The notes beneath the pieces are model-generated. The model ran no database searches and was not told the origin of the DNA. It was given only the letters and a program-made list of their open reading frames with translations. 64,000 bases of DNA from Protoeuglena noctilucae (taxonomy: Eukaryota): the NCBI GenBank assembly GCA_958009085.1, contig OY253678.1, forward strand, positions 434,001 to 498,000, written 5' to 3'. A program made the translations under genes and the position numbers. Of this stretch, positions 24,188 through 36,500 are shown in pieces. Within the stretch, counting starts at the first letter, position 1. Each line of letters begins with the position of its first letter.

Positions 24188-25831
24188 TCAGGGCGGCTCG
24201 GTGCTGGCCCCCCGCTTCCTGCGCCGCGCGTTGCTATGCGCCTCCACGATCTCCTCAGCAGGAACGCCGTCCAGCAACATCCGGCGAATCGTTAGCTCCT
24301 CCCGCTGCCGCTTGCGGGACCTCCCAGCAGGCCTCGGGCCCCTCCCGCCGTCCGCGCCCGAATCGCGTACTGCACCGCCCTCGGCTGCTGCGACGTCGCC
24401 ACCCGGGGCGGCGCTCGCAGCCGCCAGATCCCGCGCGGCCGCCGCCACCACGTCGCGCACCCGCGCCGCCTCAGCCTCCCTGCGCTCGAGCACGGGAGGC
24501 AGCGCCGCGGCCGTGACCTCCGTGAGGGTTGCCGAGGGTGCCTGCTGCCCCGCCCCGAGCTGCTCGGAGAGCCGGAAGAAGGACTGCACCAGGCGCAGGT
24601 CCGACACCAGGGCCTGGTCGGTGGGGTTGGCGAACCAGGGGATCACCCGCGCTGCGTCGCGCAGCCGCTGCAGCACTTCTCGGTAGCGCGAGGTCACGGA
24701 GGACGCCGACACGGGGAGCCTGTCCGCCAGGGCGGCCGGGGTGACGTCCGCGAAACCCTCGTGCTGCGCCGCCACGCACGCGCACGCCGCGGCGAGGGGC
24801 AGGGGCTGGCGGCCCTCCGACAGCGAGAATTGGACGCAGAGGTCCCAGAGCCAGAGGGCGTCGGAGAGCACGCGCTGGAACTGCATACCACAGGGAACGC
24901 GGAAGTTTGTCGTATTTGCACCCGTCCAGCAAGTGCGTGAGGCTGCTGCGCTCGCCTTGGATTTCAACGACTCGCCGCGGGCGTTGGACGCGGCAAAGTC
25001 CGTGGCTGCGCCCAGGGCTCGCGTCGCGAGCGCTCGCGGGTCGTGCGACGGCACCTCCACCCCAAGGGTTTCGAGGGCAGAGCGGTACGCAGCGGCAACA
25101 CGCGGTGCCGGCTGTCCCACTGCTTCGCAGACGTCGGCGAAGGTGACGGGCTGCCCCGACTGGCGTGCGGCGATCAAGGAGCACGCTCCTGCCTGCGGGG
25201 GCGACGCGGTGGGCCGGGTGAGACAAAGGGCGACGCACCCTCGGGCAACTCTAGGCGTGACGCTCTCTTGAACGCGCACCAGGCGGTCGACCCACGCGCC
25301 ATGGCCCCGCACGTCCCCCAGCACTCGGAAGAGAAGGTCCCGCGCGACATCCGCGACGTGGTCGGGGAGCCGCAGCACCCTGATGACGTGCTCCGCTTTC
25401 GCATGCGTCGCCGCGTTCCGCGCCCTGGCCGCCGCTACGGTGGAGCGCGCCCTGCAGAGGCAAGCGCCAGAAGCTGCGTTGGCGCGACCGCACGCGTCAT
25501 CGCGCGCCGCGCAGCGAGGGAATCAACCGCGAATCTCACCGGGGTGTTGACGCCTCCGCCAGCTCCCCAGGGCGCTCCCGAATCTGTGTGAAGCCTTCCG
25601 TGTATCGCACCTCCTGCTCATCGACCATGCTCTCCTCCAAAACGGTCCTGCATGCACGCGACGAGCCGCTTTCCCGGCGTGCGGCACGCGTGGGCTGCCC
25701 GCAGCGACGTGGGGACGTAGCGCGCTCCCTCACCCGCAAGTCGGACAGAACAGGAACGCCTCCGTCGCGTCCTTCTCGAGAGTCCCGCAGGCGCACTCCG
25801 GGCAGTTGCCTGGGCCCACTGGTGCGGCCAT
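24188..25831 (-). CDS. TFIIB-related factor, BRF2/PTF2-like (Zn ribbon + two cyclin folds)
   Basis: N-terminal MAAPVGPGNCPECACGTLEKDATEAFLFCPTCG|TVLEE zinc ribbon. Also AGACSLIAARQSGQPVTFADV, LSEGRQPLPLAAAC and the C-terminal ELTIRRMLLDGVPAEEIVE. Confidence 0.8.
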
Positions 25832-26725
25832 CGTGCATCGCAGTGGCGAGGGAAGGGGCCACGAGACGCGTACCTGTCGGCACGCGGCAGCGTAGCTCCC
25901 TGAAGCGATGAGGATCCCGCCCGACCCTCACGACACAGCCTGACCCCGTGGTCCTTGTCAGCCCCTGACGCGGTCGGCAGGCTCGTCGCTGGGCAAAGAT
26001 GCGCGCCCGTCCCTGACCTCTCGTCACTCGCCTTATCGCGGTTATCAACTTGGAATCAACACAGCCCGCCAGCCCCTTCCACGATCGAGAAAAGCGTTGT
26101 TGCACCGGCGTTCCTCCCCTCGGGCCCGGGTCACCGCCTTACGCTTCCCGTATGATAGCTTGCGCTGTCGCGAGCTCTGGGAATGGTGAGTTTGGAGCAA
26201 CGGTGGCGACGCGGCGCAACTCCCTTGGCGTTGTTGTCCCATCGCGGGGGCGAGCCGCGCCTTCGCTGCCCCCTATCCCCCCTTTTGGCATGTAATTTGT
26301 GCCGATGTGGGTGAGAGCCTCTCAAGTGCCGTGTGCGTTTCGTCACCTCGGTACCCGTTGTCGGACGCACCAAAATCGGTGCTAGCGCCTCGCCAAGCGC
26401 GGTCGTCGCGCAGTGGCCGTCGCCGCCGGCTCTCTCTCGGTCGACTTCGTTCGCGGGCGGGGGGTGCGGTCGCCTCGGTCCGCTGCTTCGGCGGCGTGCG
26501 GCACGTTTTGGCTGCCCCGACCTTGCGCGCGATTTGCGGTGCATCAGCGGCCCCTCGATAGGGCACGCGACCTCGGCATGTGCAATATCTCCCGCGCCAT
26601 CCATCGCGCCGGTGGCGGGCGCCCCAGGACGGCTGTGGGCGAGCAACGGCAGGTGTGCGCCCCGCCCACAGGCCACGGTCGCGCAGGATCGCCCCTACGG
26701 CTGGGAGAGCGCCAGCAGGGTTCTG

Positions 26726-28241
26726 ATGAGCCCGATGTGTAGCGAGACAATGGCATGCGAGGCGCGGGACGTCGACGCCGGGGGCCTGGTCTACAAGCTC
26801 CCCAAGGTGCGGCGCATAGAGGCGTGGTTATGGAAGACCGCGACGCGGTCGGCAGTCCCCCGCGACGCCCCCCGCATCTCCCCCTCTCCCCCCCGCTCGC
26901 AGCGTCGCCCGCTCCCCCTCAGCTCCCTAAACCACGTGTCGCGGCTGTGCTCGGACGTCAACGCCTCGCGGCGCTTCTACCGCGACCTGCTCGGCATGGT
27001 GGAGGTGAAGCGGCCGGACTCGTTTACCTTCGAGGGCGCGTGGCTCCTGGGATCCGGCATCGGGATCCACCTCATACAGGGCAACCCTCCCCCGAGGCCG
27101 TCGGACATCAACCCCCAGCGCGACCACGTGTCGTTCCATTCCGACGACATCCCCGCCGTCGCCCAGCAGCTCCGCGACGCCGGCGTGCCGTACGTGGAGG
27201 CCCCGGTGAGCTCGGTCCCGGCGACCGCGGGTCTTCGCGCCTCTGCGCCGCTGCCCTGTCGAGCGTTGGGTCTCGTCATGCGCGCAGGTGTGGGAAGGGC
27301 CCATCCTGGTCACGCAGCTCTTCTTCCACGACCCGGACAACAACATGATTGAGATATGCGACTGCAACAAGCTCCCCGTCGTCATGCTCCGCCCAGACGG
27401 GGCGGCGGCGGAGGGCGCGTCCCAGGCGCATGTCCAAGCCGAGGCGCCGTGCGTGCCGTGCATGGCCGTCGCCGGCGCGTACAAGGCTCCGAGGAGCTCC
27501 GCCGATTCCGCGGAGACGGACCACGTGAGCCGCTGCGAGGGCGACGAGGCCGCGGACGACGCGATGGGGCCCGCACCTGCGGTGGGCGCCTCCGGCGACG
27601 CGCCGCGGCCCGCCGAGGCGCCGGCGACGAAGGGCCGCCCGCCGCGGCCTCCGCGCGTGCCGGCCATCCAGCTGCCCGAGGCGGGCGACTGCGCGGCAGC
27701 AGCCTGGGGTGCGCCCTCTCCCCGCGCGACCCCGCGGTCCGCCCAGCGGCTCCGGGACGACACCGCCGGCCGGGTCACCCCGTGGGGCTCCCCGGTGGCG
27801 CGCTGCCGCAGCGCCTGCGCGGCCCGCGGCGACGTCGCCTCCCCGTCGTCCGGCGGTGGGGTCGCAGCCGCCGCATCGCCTTCCGGCCTCCCGGGCATCC
27901 GGCACGGCATCGCCGCGAGCGTCATCGTCCCCGCGCCCGTGCCTGCCGAGGAGACGGCCAAGTGGCTCGGGAGCCAGTTCGTGGGGGCGGCCCTGGTGCC
28001 GTGGCTAGTGGCCGAAGCGCCCGGGGAGGTCCCCGCCGTCCTTGCCGAGGCCGGGTGCCTGCAGGCCGGCGTGCAGGCGCAGGGAGCGGGTGTTACCGGG
28101 CCCAAGGAGGGGGAGGCGGTGGACGGGGATGACGCCCGGCGGTCCTTGGAGGTGCTGCCGCTCTTTGCGGGGCCCATCCACCCCGATGCCCTCCCCGCGG
28201 GCACCCTCCTGCTGCCCTGCCTGTGCCTCAAGCAGCGATGA
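26726..28241 (+). CDS. VOC/glyoxalase-I-like (lactoylglutathione lyase family) protein with a long C-terminal extension
   Basis: LPLSSLNHVSRLC.DV.ASRRFYRDLLG..KRP.SF.FEGAWL...GIGIHLIQ..INPQRDHVSF..QLFFHDPDNNMIEICDC.KLPVV is the plant/algal GLX1-like pattern. Confidence 0.88.
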
Positions 28242-28817
28242 GCACGGCGTCGGCGCCGCTGAGCCACCTTTTTCGCCTTGTCTCCCCGCTCGAGCGCGCA
28301 GCTCGGTTGCAAGTCCGGCTGCCAGCCCAGGTCGCTGTTACTGCGCGTTTCCCTTTCCCGGACCCTCTTTCCACTAGCAAGCCGCGAGCGCCTTTTCGTT
28401 GCCGCCGGCAAGACTCTATTATATCAAGCCTTTAAAGCAGTGACGCACGCGTGCGTACTTGTGTCTGATGCACGTGGTTGAGCTATGCCTATGCCAAGGC
28501 CTATCCGCGGGTCGTCGCGTAGGGTTGGAGAGGGCAAGTGGTGCAGGGCAGGTGCACAATGGTCCACGTAAGCGTCCAGGCGATACCTGCTGCAAGCAAC
28601 ATCTACGCAATGCCTTGGGCATTAGAAAAATGGGAGCTGTGGCATGGGAAATGGCAGTGCCTGCAAAGGGTCTGTAAAACCCTGTGGGGGCAACGGTCGC
28701 CGCAAAAAGACAGAAGAACAGATCCCAGACACATGCTGCGGCATGCGGCGCCACGCCACGCGCAGCGCCCCGCGACTTGCAGTGCGCACTCCCTGAGATC
28801 CGTCACATGGTCACGTG

Positions 28818-31800
28818 TCACGCTCCCCCGGACGGCGGGGCCCCGTCCTTCTCGGACCGCGGCTGGCTGTCCGTCCGATGGCTCCCAGGCGCGGGGGTCC
28901 CGTCCTCCCCGTCGCCCTTCCTGCGGTGCAACGAGCTTCGGCGTACGATAGGGCCCCAGCCACCGAGATGCTCCGCCCCACAAGCAGCCTGCCGAAACAG
29001 CCACACGCGGCGCCCCACCCTCTGCGCCCCACTCACCGTGTGGACACCGAGAACTGCACCCCGCCGCGCTTGGCCGACCCCGACTCTGCCGGTGCCTTGC
29101 CGTCGCCTGTTGCTGCCGGCCGGTCGCCCTTCTCCGCGACCTCGGCGGCCGCATCGCGCGGATTGACGGTGTTCGACCGCCCCGGACCCGGCCGCGCGCC
29201 CGCAGACCGCGCCTGGGACCGGCTGGGCAGCACTCCCCCCGGGCGCGGCCCAGTGGTGGACGGGGCAGTGCGCATGTTCCCCATCAAGTGGCCCTCCAGG
29301 ATGCCTTGGCCCGACGACGTCGACATGTTGACTGCGGAGAATGCGTTGGCTTCTAGTTAAGACAATTTGAGCGGCTGAGGTGCGAGGGCGCAGCAAAACA
29401 TCAGTGCGGTGATAAGGCATGCGATGAAAATCCGCTGAGCCTCACACCTTCCATTTCTATGAAAGGGTCCAGTTTGCTTTGCAGCACTGCCTCCGCTGCG
29501 GCAAGTGCCGCCACCTGCTCGCCCAGCGTGCGCACCAGCTGCGCCACCGCCTGTTGCCCTTCCCCCGCGTCCCACGGGCTCAGCGGCCCTGCGGCCCCCG
29601 CCTCCGCCCGGTTGCCCGCCACGTGATGCGGCGACCACGAGTTCCGGTTCGGGAGCTGCCCGTTCACCACCCCCACGCTCCCGCTGCGCACGATCGCCTC
29701 GCCTCCGGGCCCCAGCGGGGACGGCGCCGGCGCCCGAAACAGCGCCCCCGGCGCGTCCGCGCTCCGCGTCACCGCCCCCGCGTCCCCATGCGCCTTGTCC
29801 ACCGACGACATCCGCACCGGCACCCCCTCGACGTGTGACGTTGTCGCCACACCCCCGCGCACGCTCGTCCGCATCGACGGCCGGTCCTCGCTCGCGCTCC
29901 GGTGCGTCTCGCGCGCCGCCAGCTGCACCAGCTTCTTCTGCAGCGCCGGGGCCTCCCGCCCCTCAAACGCCTCGTCCTCGATGTTCCCGGTGTTCTGGAT
30001 CTCTTGCAGACGCCCCAGCGCCGCCTCGCGCACGCGCGCGGCGGAGTCGGGGAAGTCCTTCATCGTCGCCGCCAGGTCCACGGCCCGGAGCACCGCCATG
30101 TCGCAGTGGCTCAGCGTCGTGCAGTTGGCCGTCCGCCGCGCCGTCGCCAGCTGCGGGGGCGCAGCACAGGGCGGCTCCAGGCGGCTCCGCGCAGCCACCG
30201 CTGCCGCCCCCGGCACCAGCTCAGCGCAGCCACCGTTGCTGCTTACTTGGCAGCCGCGCCGCAGCCCTCACCAGCGCCAGCTCCCCGAAGAACCCGCCCT
30301 CCCGCAGGATCGCCACCGTCTCCCCGTGCGAGTTGATTACGGCCACCTTCCCCTTGTAGATCAGGTACATCTCGTAGCCCACGTCGCCCGCCCGGAACAC
30401 GATCTCGCTCGGCATGTAGACGGCATGATGCAGGCGCGTGACCAGGCTCGTCACGAACGCGTCCTCCACGCTGGCGAACAGCGGGATCATGCGCACGCGG
30501 TCGCCGTGCAGGTACATGGACACGTCCTCGTACAGCGACGACGGCAGGTCCTGCAGGTACTTCATCCCGTCCGGGCCCGGGTGGGAGAAGTTGGCGAGGT
30601 ATTCGTAGTACTCCTGTACTCGGTCAGATATGTCCTGAGGCAGCCCTAAGTAGCGAACGACGTCCATGACGAGCTCTTGCTTGTGCTTGTGGCGAGCGTT
30701 GGTGGCGTTAAGGTTGGAGACCAGCAGGGCCATGTTACCGATGATGGTGGCGTAGAACATGGCCCCGATCAGAAGCACGATGGAAGCGTAGAGCCGCTCC
30801 GCGTTGTTGACGGGCACGATGTTTTGGCCGCCCATGGCGCAGAACATGAGGTAGAAGCCCTCCAGGTACCGAGCCGTTAGCGAGTCGTCTTTGCCGCGGC
30901 CTAGGTTGTAGAACCACGTCGGCTCCTTGTTGGCGAGCTGCCACGCGATGTAGTGCCACCCGCAAGTGAGCCAGTGGCATAGCAGGACCATGATGAAGAT
31001 CAGTCGGAAGATGCGGAAAATGTTGGCGCCCTTCATGCGCTCCAGGAAGCGCAAGAGCTTGCCCAGACGCAGCAGCCGCGGCGTCTTGAGGAAGGTCAGG
31101 ATCTTGACGTTCTTGCCGAAGTTGATCCCCAAGCCCTGGGCCACTGCACGCACGCAAGGCACAACCGTCGCTGACCTTGCATGTGCGAACGTCTGGTGGC
31201 CACCAGAGGCCACGCTGCAGCCGCCAACGCCCCGCAGCGCGCGCGTCGCATCTGCTCACGCAGGTCAAAGGGGATGGACGCCGCCAAATCGATCCAGAAC
31301 CAGAACGCAATGTACTTCCGCGTGATCTTGGCCGGTTCTTTCACGACGTTGCCCTGAGTGTCGATGTATGCCGTCCGGAAGTTAAGGAGCATGTCGCCGA
31401 AGAACACAAAATCGTTTGCAAGCTCGAAGTTGGTGAGCCTGCGATGGTCAGGGTACCGCCAGGGAGGCGTCAGCAGAACGCAGCACCAGTGCCATGTGCG
31501 CAAGAGCCGGGCCCGGGTCCTGCGCTGCAGCTCCCAGCTCCCGCTGCGACGCAGGACGCGATGGGACTCACTTGGTCACTGGCTCGAACCCCACGTTAAA
31601 GGGCACGAGGACTGCGCTGTACACCACGATGAGGAGGATCAAGAAGTCCCAGTACTTGCGCCACCGCGCGTCCGGCATCAAGATGGGAAGGCGTTTCTCG
31701 AAGATCTTCATCTCTCGGACCTCTTTGAGCCACTTCTTCACTCCACGCAGCACGGTGGGGTCGTGGGGAGCTCAGCGCCTCCTTCCAAGCACCCAGCGCG

Positions 31801-32929
31801 CTTGTCCACGCGTGCGTCCGCAGGGATACTCACATCTCGCACGTATGGTCTTGTGCTTGCCCCGGCTGGCCTCGATTTCCATCAGCTGCGTCCACGTCAG
31901 CTTCACCAGGCCCTGCCCCCCCACCGTCCCGCCCACGCCTTTCGCGTCCTTCGGAGCACGGTACGCCCCTTCGCCTGCGAATAGCGGACGCCATGGCGTT
32001 TACGTGGTTGCGGCGCCGCGCGAATGCGCGGGGCAGGCAAGCCTCGCAGGTTCCTCGCCTGTTGAGTCGGCCCCCTTCCCCTCCGGGATCACGGACAGGT
32101 TGCGCGCGCTCGTCTGCGGGGCTGGCGCCACCCTGTTCCTCGACCCTTCCGTTGCCCCGTCCGCCTGGTCCACGTCCGCGGCCACCCTCCCCGTCACATT
32201 CACCAGGTCCCGTCGCTCCATGCTGTACGATTGCCGGAAGCTCCCGCTCTGCCCCGCCATCGCCGCCCTCGCATCCATCCCTGCGTGTGGCTCCGGCGGG
32301 CCCCCGACCTCGCTCGAGCTCTCGCTGTCGGAGCTCATATCCAAAATGCCGCGAGCGCCCGGCTCCTGCGGGACAGCGGACGCCTCGTGGTGGGTCAGCC
32401 CGGACGCCCCGCGTTCCCCGGTACATCGGAGACTGCGCCGTGGGCCGTGCGTCGGGCCCGTGCGCGAGACCAGCAGGAGCAAGGAGAGACCGGGACCAAC
32501 GGGTTCCAATGCCCCGCGACGCGTGCGGATGCCGTTGACTGGCATCAATGCACGCTGTCCCGCACGCGGGACACTGCACGCCGCGGTGCAAGGGCGGCAA
32601 TGCCGCGAAGCCCTCGGGCCCCCGCGAGTCGACGCTCGCGACCGAACCGAGCGTCACCTTGTGCCTATCCGCGATGCGACACAGCGCAAATGCGTGGGGG
32701 AGGGCCTCGCCTCGCTGCTGCCCGCGCCCCTTTCTCCGCAACATGCAAACGCATCCCAGTGCGGAACGCGGGACCGGCGAGGCACCACGACACATGCACG
32801 GCATATGCGCAATCATTAATTCGCTACGCACCACGGTGCAGCTGGAATCACCTCGTCCTGGTGCATCCGACGAGCATTCCGGACGGCCTGGTTCTCCACC
32901 TGGTGACGCATGCCCATGATCGCTTCCAT
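28818..32929 (-). CDS. Cyclic-nucleotide-gated (EAG/HCN/CNG superfamily) ion channel, multi-exon; termini approximate
   Basis: S1 RKYWDFLILLIVVYSAVLVPFNVGF, S2-S3 DMLLNFRTAYID..YIAFWFWIDLAASIPFD, S4 LKTPRLLRLGKLLRF, S5 CHWLTCGW, S6 FYATIIGNM, a C-linker, and a CNBD with G.FFGELAL..RRTANC. Confidence 0.93.
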
Positions 32930-33512
32930 GATGGCCACTCGCTCAGCGCGACGCCCGCGGCAGCGCGCCTCGAGGGCGCGCCGTCAGGCGCGCCAGCCTG
33001 TCGACTACACGCTTCACGCTTTGCTGAAGCAGCGCCGCCCGGCTGTGCATCGGATCTACAGAATTTGGAAGGACAGTGTTTGGTGATGGATGAAAGCTCT
33101 GTTTGTGGCCAGAAGTTGGTGTCAGCTTTTTCTGCAGCAAGCTTTTTTTTGTTTCCCTTCGCCGTTGTTCTTTACCTTCGCTTGTTGAGCACGTGCCATG
33201 TGTTGTGCGCTGTGGCTGGAATTACATTGGTGCAGCTTGAGTAACGTGGCATGCCTGCCCCTCATCTCCTGTAAAGGAGGAACTGTTGAGGGCATAAGTA
33301 TCAGCACGCGGCGTGGCCCGTGAGGTAGGTGGCATACAATGTTGCCAAGCAGGGCGACGCTTGTCGGGACTCCAGGCCCCGACGGCGGCGTACAACTCGC
33401 TGGCATGTCTCGCCGTGGCACCCCGTTGGCCGTCGCAGAGAGCTCCTGCGGATTACGCGTGGCATCTGACCTGCTTTTATCCGTGGCTGGAATCCGCAGG
33501 AGGGTCGGGGGA

Positions 33513-36500
33513 ATGGATGCAGGGGACGATGCCCCCTCGGGGGCCCCTGTCGAGGATGGGAGCCGCGCCGGCGACCCCGGGCCCGCATCAGCTGCTGTAG
33601 AAGGAAACGGTCATGACATGGTGCCGCGAGAAGCAATGGAGGAGGCCGGGACTGAAGGAGAGACCGCGGAAGAGGGCACGAGCCCACCTGATGCATCTGC
33701 TGTGGCCCCTTCCGCGCCGGACGACGAGCGGCCCGCGGAGCAGGTTGCCGCCGAGGATGTCTCCGCAAGCAGAGAGGACGAAGTTGGCGTCGTGTCGGGC
33801 CAGGACGCGGAAGCGACCCCTGCGGAGGAGCAGGAGTCGCCTGTGCATGTGTCGACCCTTTCTCCGGCGGACCGCGAGGCGCCCGCGCTTGCCGACGTGG
33901 CAGCGCGCACAGAGGACGCGACAAGAGCGCAGCAAGAGGCCGCTGCGCCGTCGGATGAGGCCCCCGCGGCACCATCTGCGGCGTCGACCTTCCACGCCGA
34001 CGCAGAGCCCACGCAGGCGCCCGGGCGCCTCCCCTTCAAAACCGTCGAGATTCTTCATCTCCTGGGTATGAATGCCCATGCCCGTAACAACATCCACCTC
34101 CTCGAGGACCACATCCTCCTCACAGCGGCGGGGAACTTCGTCATTCTTCTCAACACCGAGGTGCGTGGGAGGCAGAGGAAGTGCAGTCGGGCACCCTGTG
34201 CTTTGATCATCACGACGCGAGCTAGCTTCACGTTTTGACATATGCGGCGCCTACGTGCTAGTCGGCCCCTGAGTGCCTGCTCCGACGAGCGCTTCCCCAT
34301 CTCAACATGCAGACCGGGGAGCAGCGCTTCCTCCGCGGCCGCGACGGTGGCGGCATCGGCGCTCTGGCGGTGCACCCGGAGCGCCGCTTCTTCGCTGTCG
34401 GGGAGGCGTGCCGCACGGGGCCTCCGCACGTGTATGTCTACGAGTACCCCTCTCTGCGGCTGGTCCAGGCGCTGCCGAACGGCACGGAGCGCGCTTACTC
34501 GGCGCTCTGCTTTGGCCCGGACGGGACGGTGCTCGCGGGCGTCGGGCGCGACCCGGACTACATGCTCACGCTGTGGCAGTGGCCCCAGGCCCGCGTGATG
34601 CTCCGCTCCAAGGCCTTCTCCCAGGAAGTCTACTCGGTCAGCTTCTCCAAGGTGACTGGCTGATTGCTGGATGAGACGCGCGCCCTGCGTGTCAAGCAAG
34701 CGATGCCTCTGCCGGTGCCGCGACGAGCGCTGAGCCATGGCCCTCCCCACCTGTCCGCAGAGACTCGCTGGCACGCTCTACACGTCAGGCACGGGCCACA
34801 TTCGTTTCTGGCGCATGGCGCAGACCTTCACGGGACTCAAGCTCCAGGGCGACATCGGCAAGTTCGGCGGGGTCGAGATCAGCGATGTGCAGGGGTACCT
34901 GGAGCTCCCCAACTTCAAGGTCCTGGCCGGTGCCGAGTCTGGGGACTTGCACTTATGGGACGGCGGCCTCATCGAGGCCGTGGTGCGCAGGAGGGGCGGC
35001 AGGCCCTGCCACGACGGCCCCGTCGACGTCGTCATGGAGATGCCCCCCGCTGAGCCCGGGGGCCGGCCCATGATCCTGACCGGTGGGCACGACGGGTTTA
35101 TTCGGCTGTGGGACTTGCTGGGCCTGGTGGACATGCAGGTCGCAGACGGGGAGCAGTCGCTGGAGATCGAGCCGGTTGAGGAGCTGGAGGTGGGCCGGGG
35201 CGCGGGCATCCGTGGCATGGTGGCGGGGGGTGTCCCGGGGACCTGGGTGGCGCTGGACGTGACCGGGCGGGTGCTATCGCTGCGGCGCGAGGAGCCGGGG
35301 GCGCTGGCGGTGCGGACGGTGGTGGATTTCCATGCGGGGGGCATTGCGGGGCTCGTGCCGCTGCCACGCACGCACCTCTGCGTGTCTGCGGGATCGGACG
35401 GGGCTCTGAGGGTCGTGGACTACCGCTCCCTGAGCACCGCGTACAGCCAGGTCTTCCAGGCACCGGTCACGTGCGTAACGCCCTTCCCGCGGGTCCACGA
35501 CCCCACGGGGCGGCTGGTCCTGGCGGGCTTCGGGGACGGGTCTCTGCGCTGCGCGGCGAGGTGCAACGGCGTGTGGAAGCTCACGCACGCGTCCCGGCCC
35601 CACAGCCGGGAGCTGACGGCCCTGGCGTGCACGCACGACGGGACCGCGCTTGCGACGGGGTCGTCGAACGGCACTGTCTTCTTCTTCGTCGTCAGCTCCT
35701 CGCAGATGGGGCTCATCACGCCCCTCGCGTGCACCTCGGCCGGGGCGCCCGTCACGGCGCTGTCGTGGTCTCCGGATTGCCGCAGCCTCCTTGTCGGCTG
35801 TGCGGACGGCGCCATCTGCGAGCTCCTCGCGCCCCTGCGGTCCGTGGACACCTCCGAGTCGTACGTCGTCAGCCTGTCACGCCGAGACTACGTGTTCCTC
35901 ACGCCGGAGGAGAGGGGGCCTCGCCCAGGGACCCAAGACGAGGACGGCATCGACGGCCCGTCGGCACCCACACCGGCGCCAGCGCCGGCACAGGCGGCCG
36001 ATGCGCCCAAGCCCCGGCATCCCGTCACCGCCCTACGGTGCGTCTTCCGGCAATCTCACCCGCGGCTCTGCGCACCACCAATGCTGACCCGGCCGCTGCA
36101 TCGCCCTCGTTGCGCGCCTCGCCACCCCTGATTACCTGACCCATGAATGTTTCTGAAACTCACTTCTGCGTCTGCGACATCTGACCCCGTCAGCACCGAC
36201 CCCTGCCGCAGCTACGCCACGCCGCGGTCCTTCGTGGTTCGCGTGTCGGGCCCCGCGTCGGGATGCCTCTGGAAGTGCTCCCTGGAGGACCCATACGACA
36301 CGGAAGGCATGCCGCTGGCGCCAGCGTCGGCGTCCGTCCCGACCGAGACCACGTCCGAAGCCACCGACCCCGCGCTCAAAGTGCAGGCGTTCGGCACGGC
36401 AGACGGCCGCGTCTTCCTGCAGCCCAGGCCGCAGGGCACGCCCAGCTACGCCCTGCCGCCGGTGAGCGCGGGGAACGCGTCTGAGAGATTGGATGAATTC

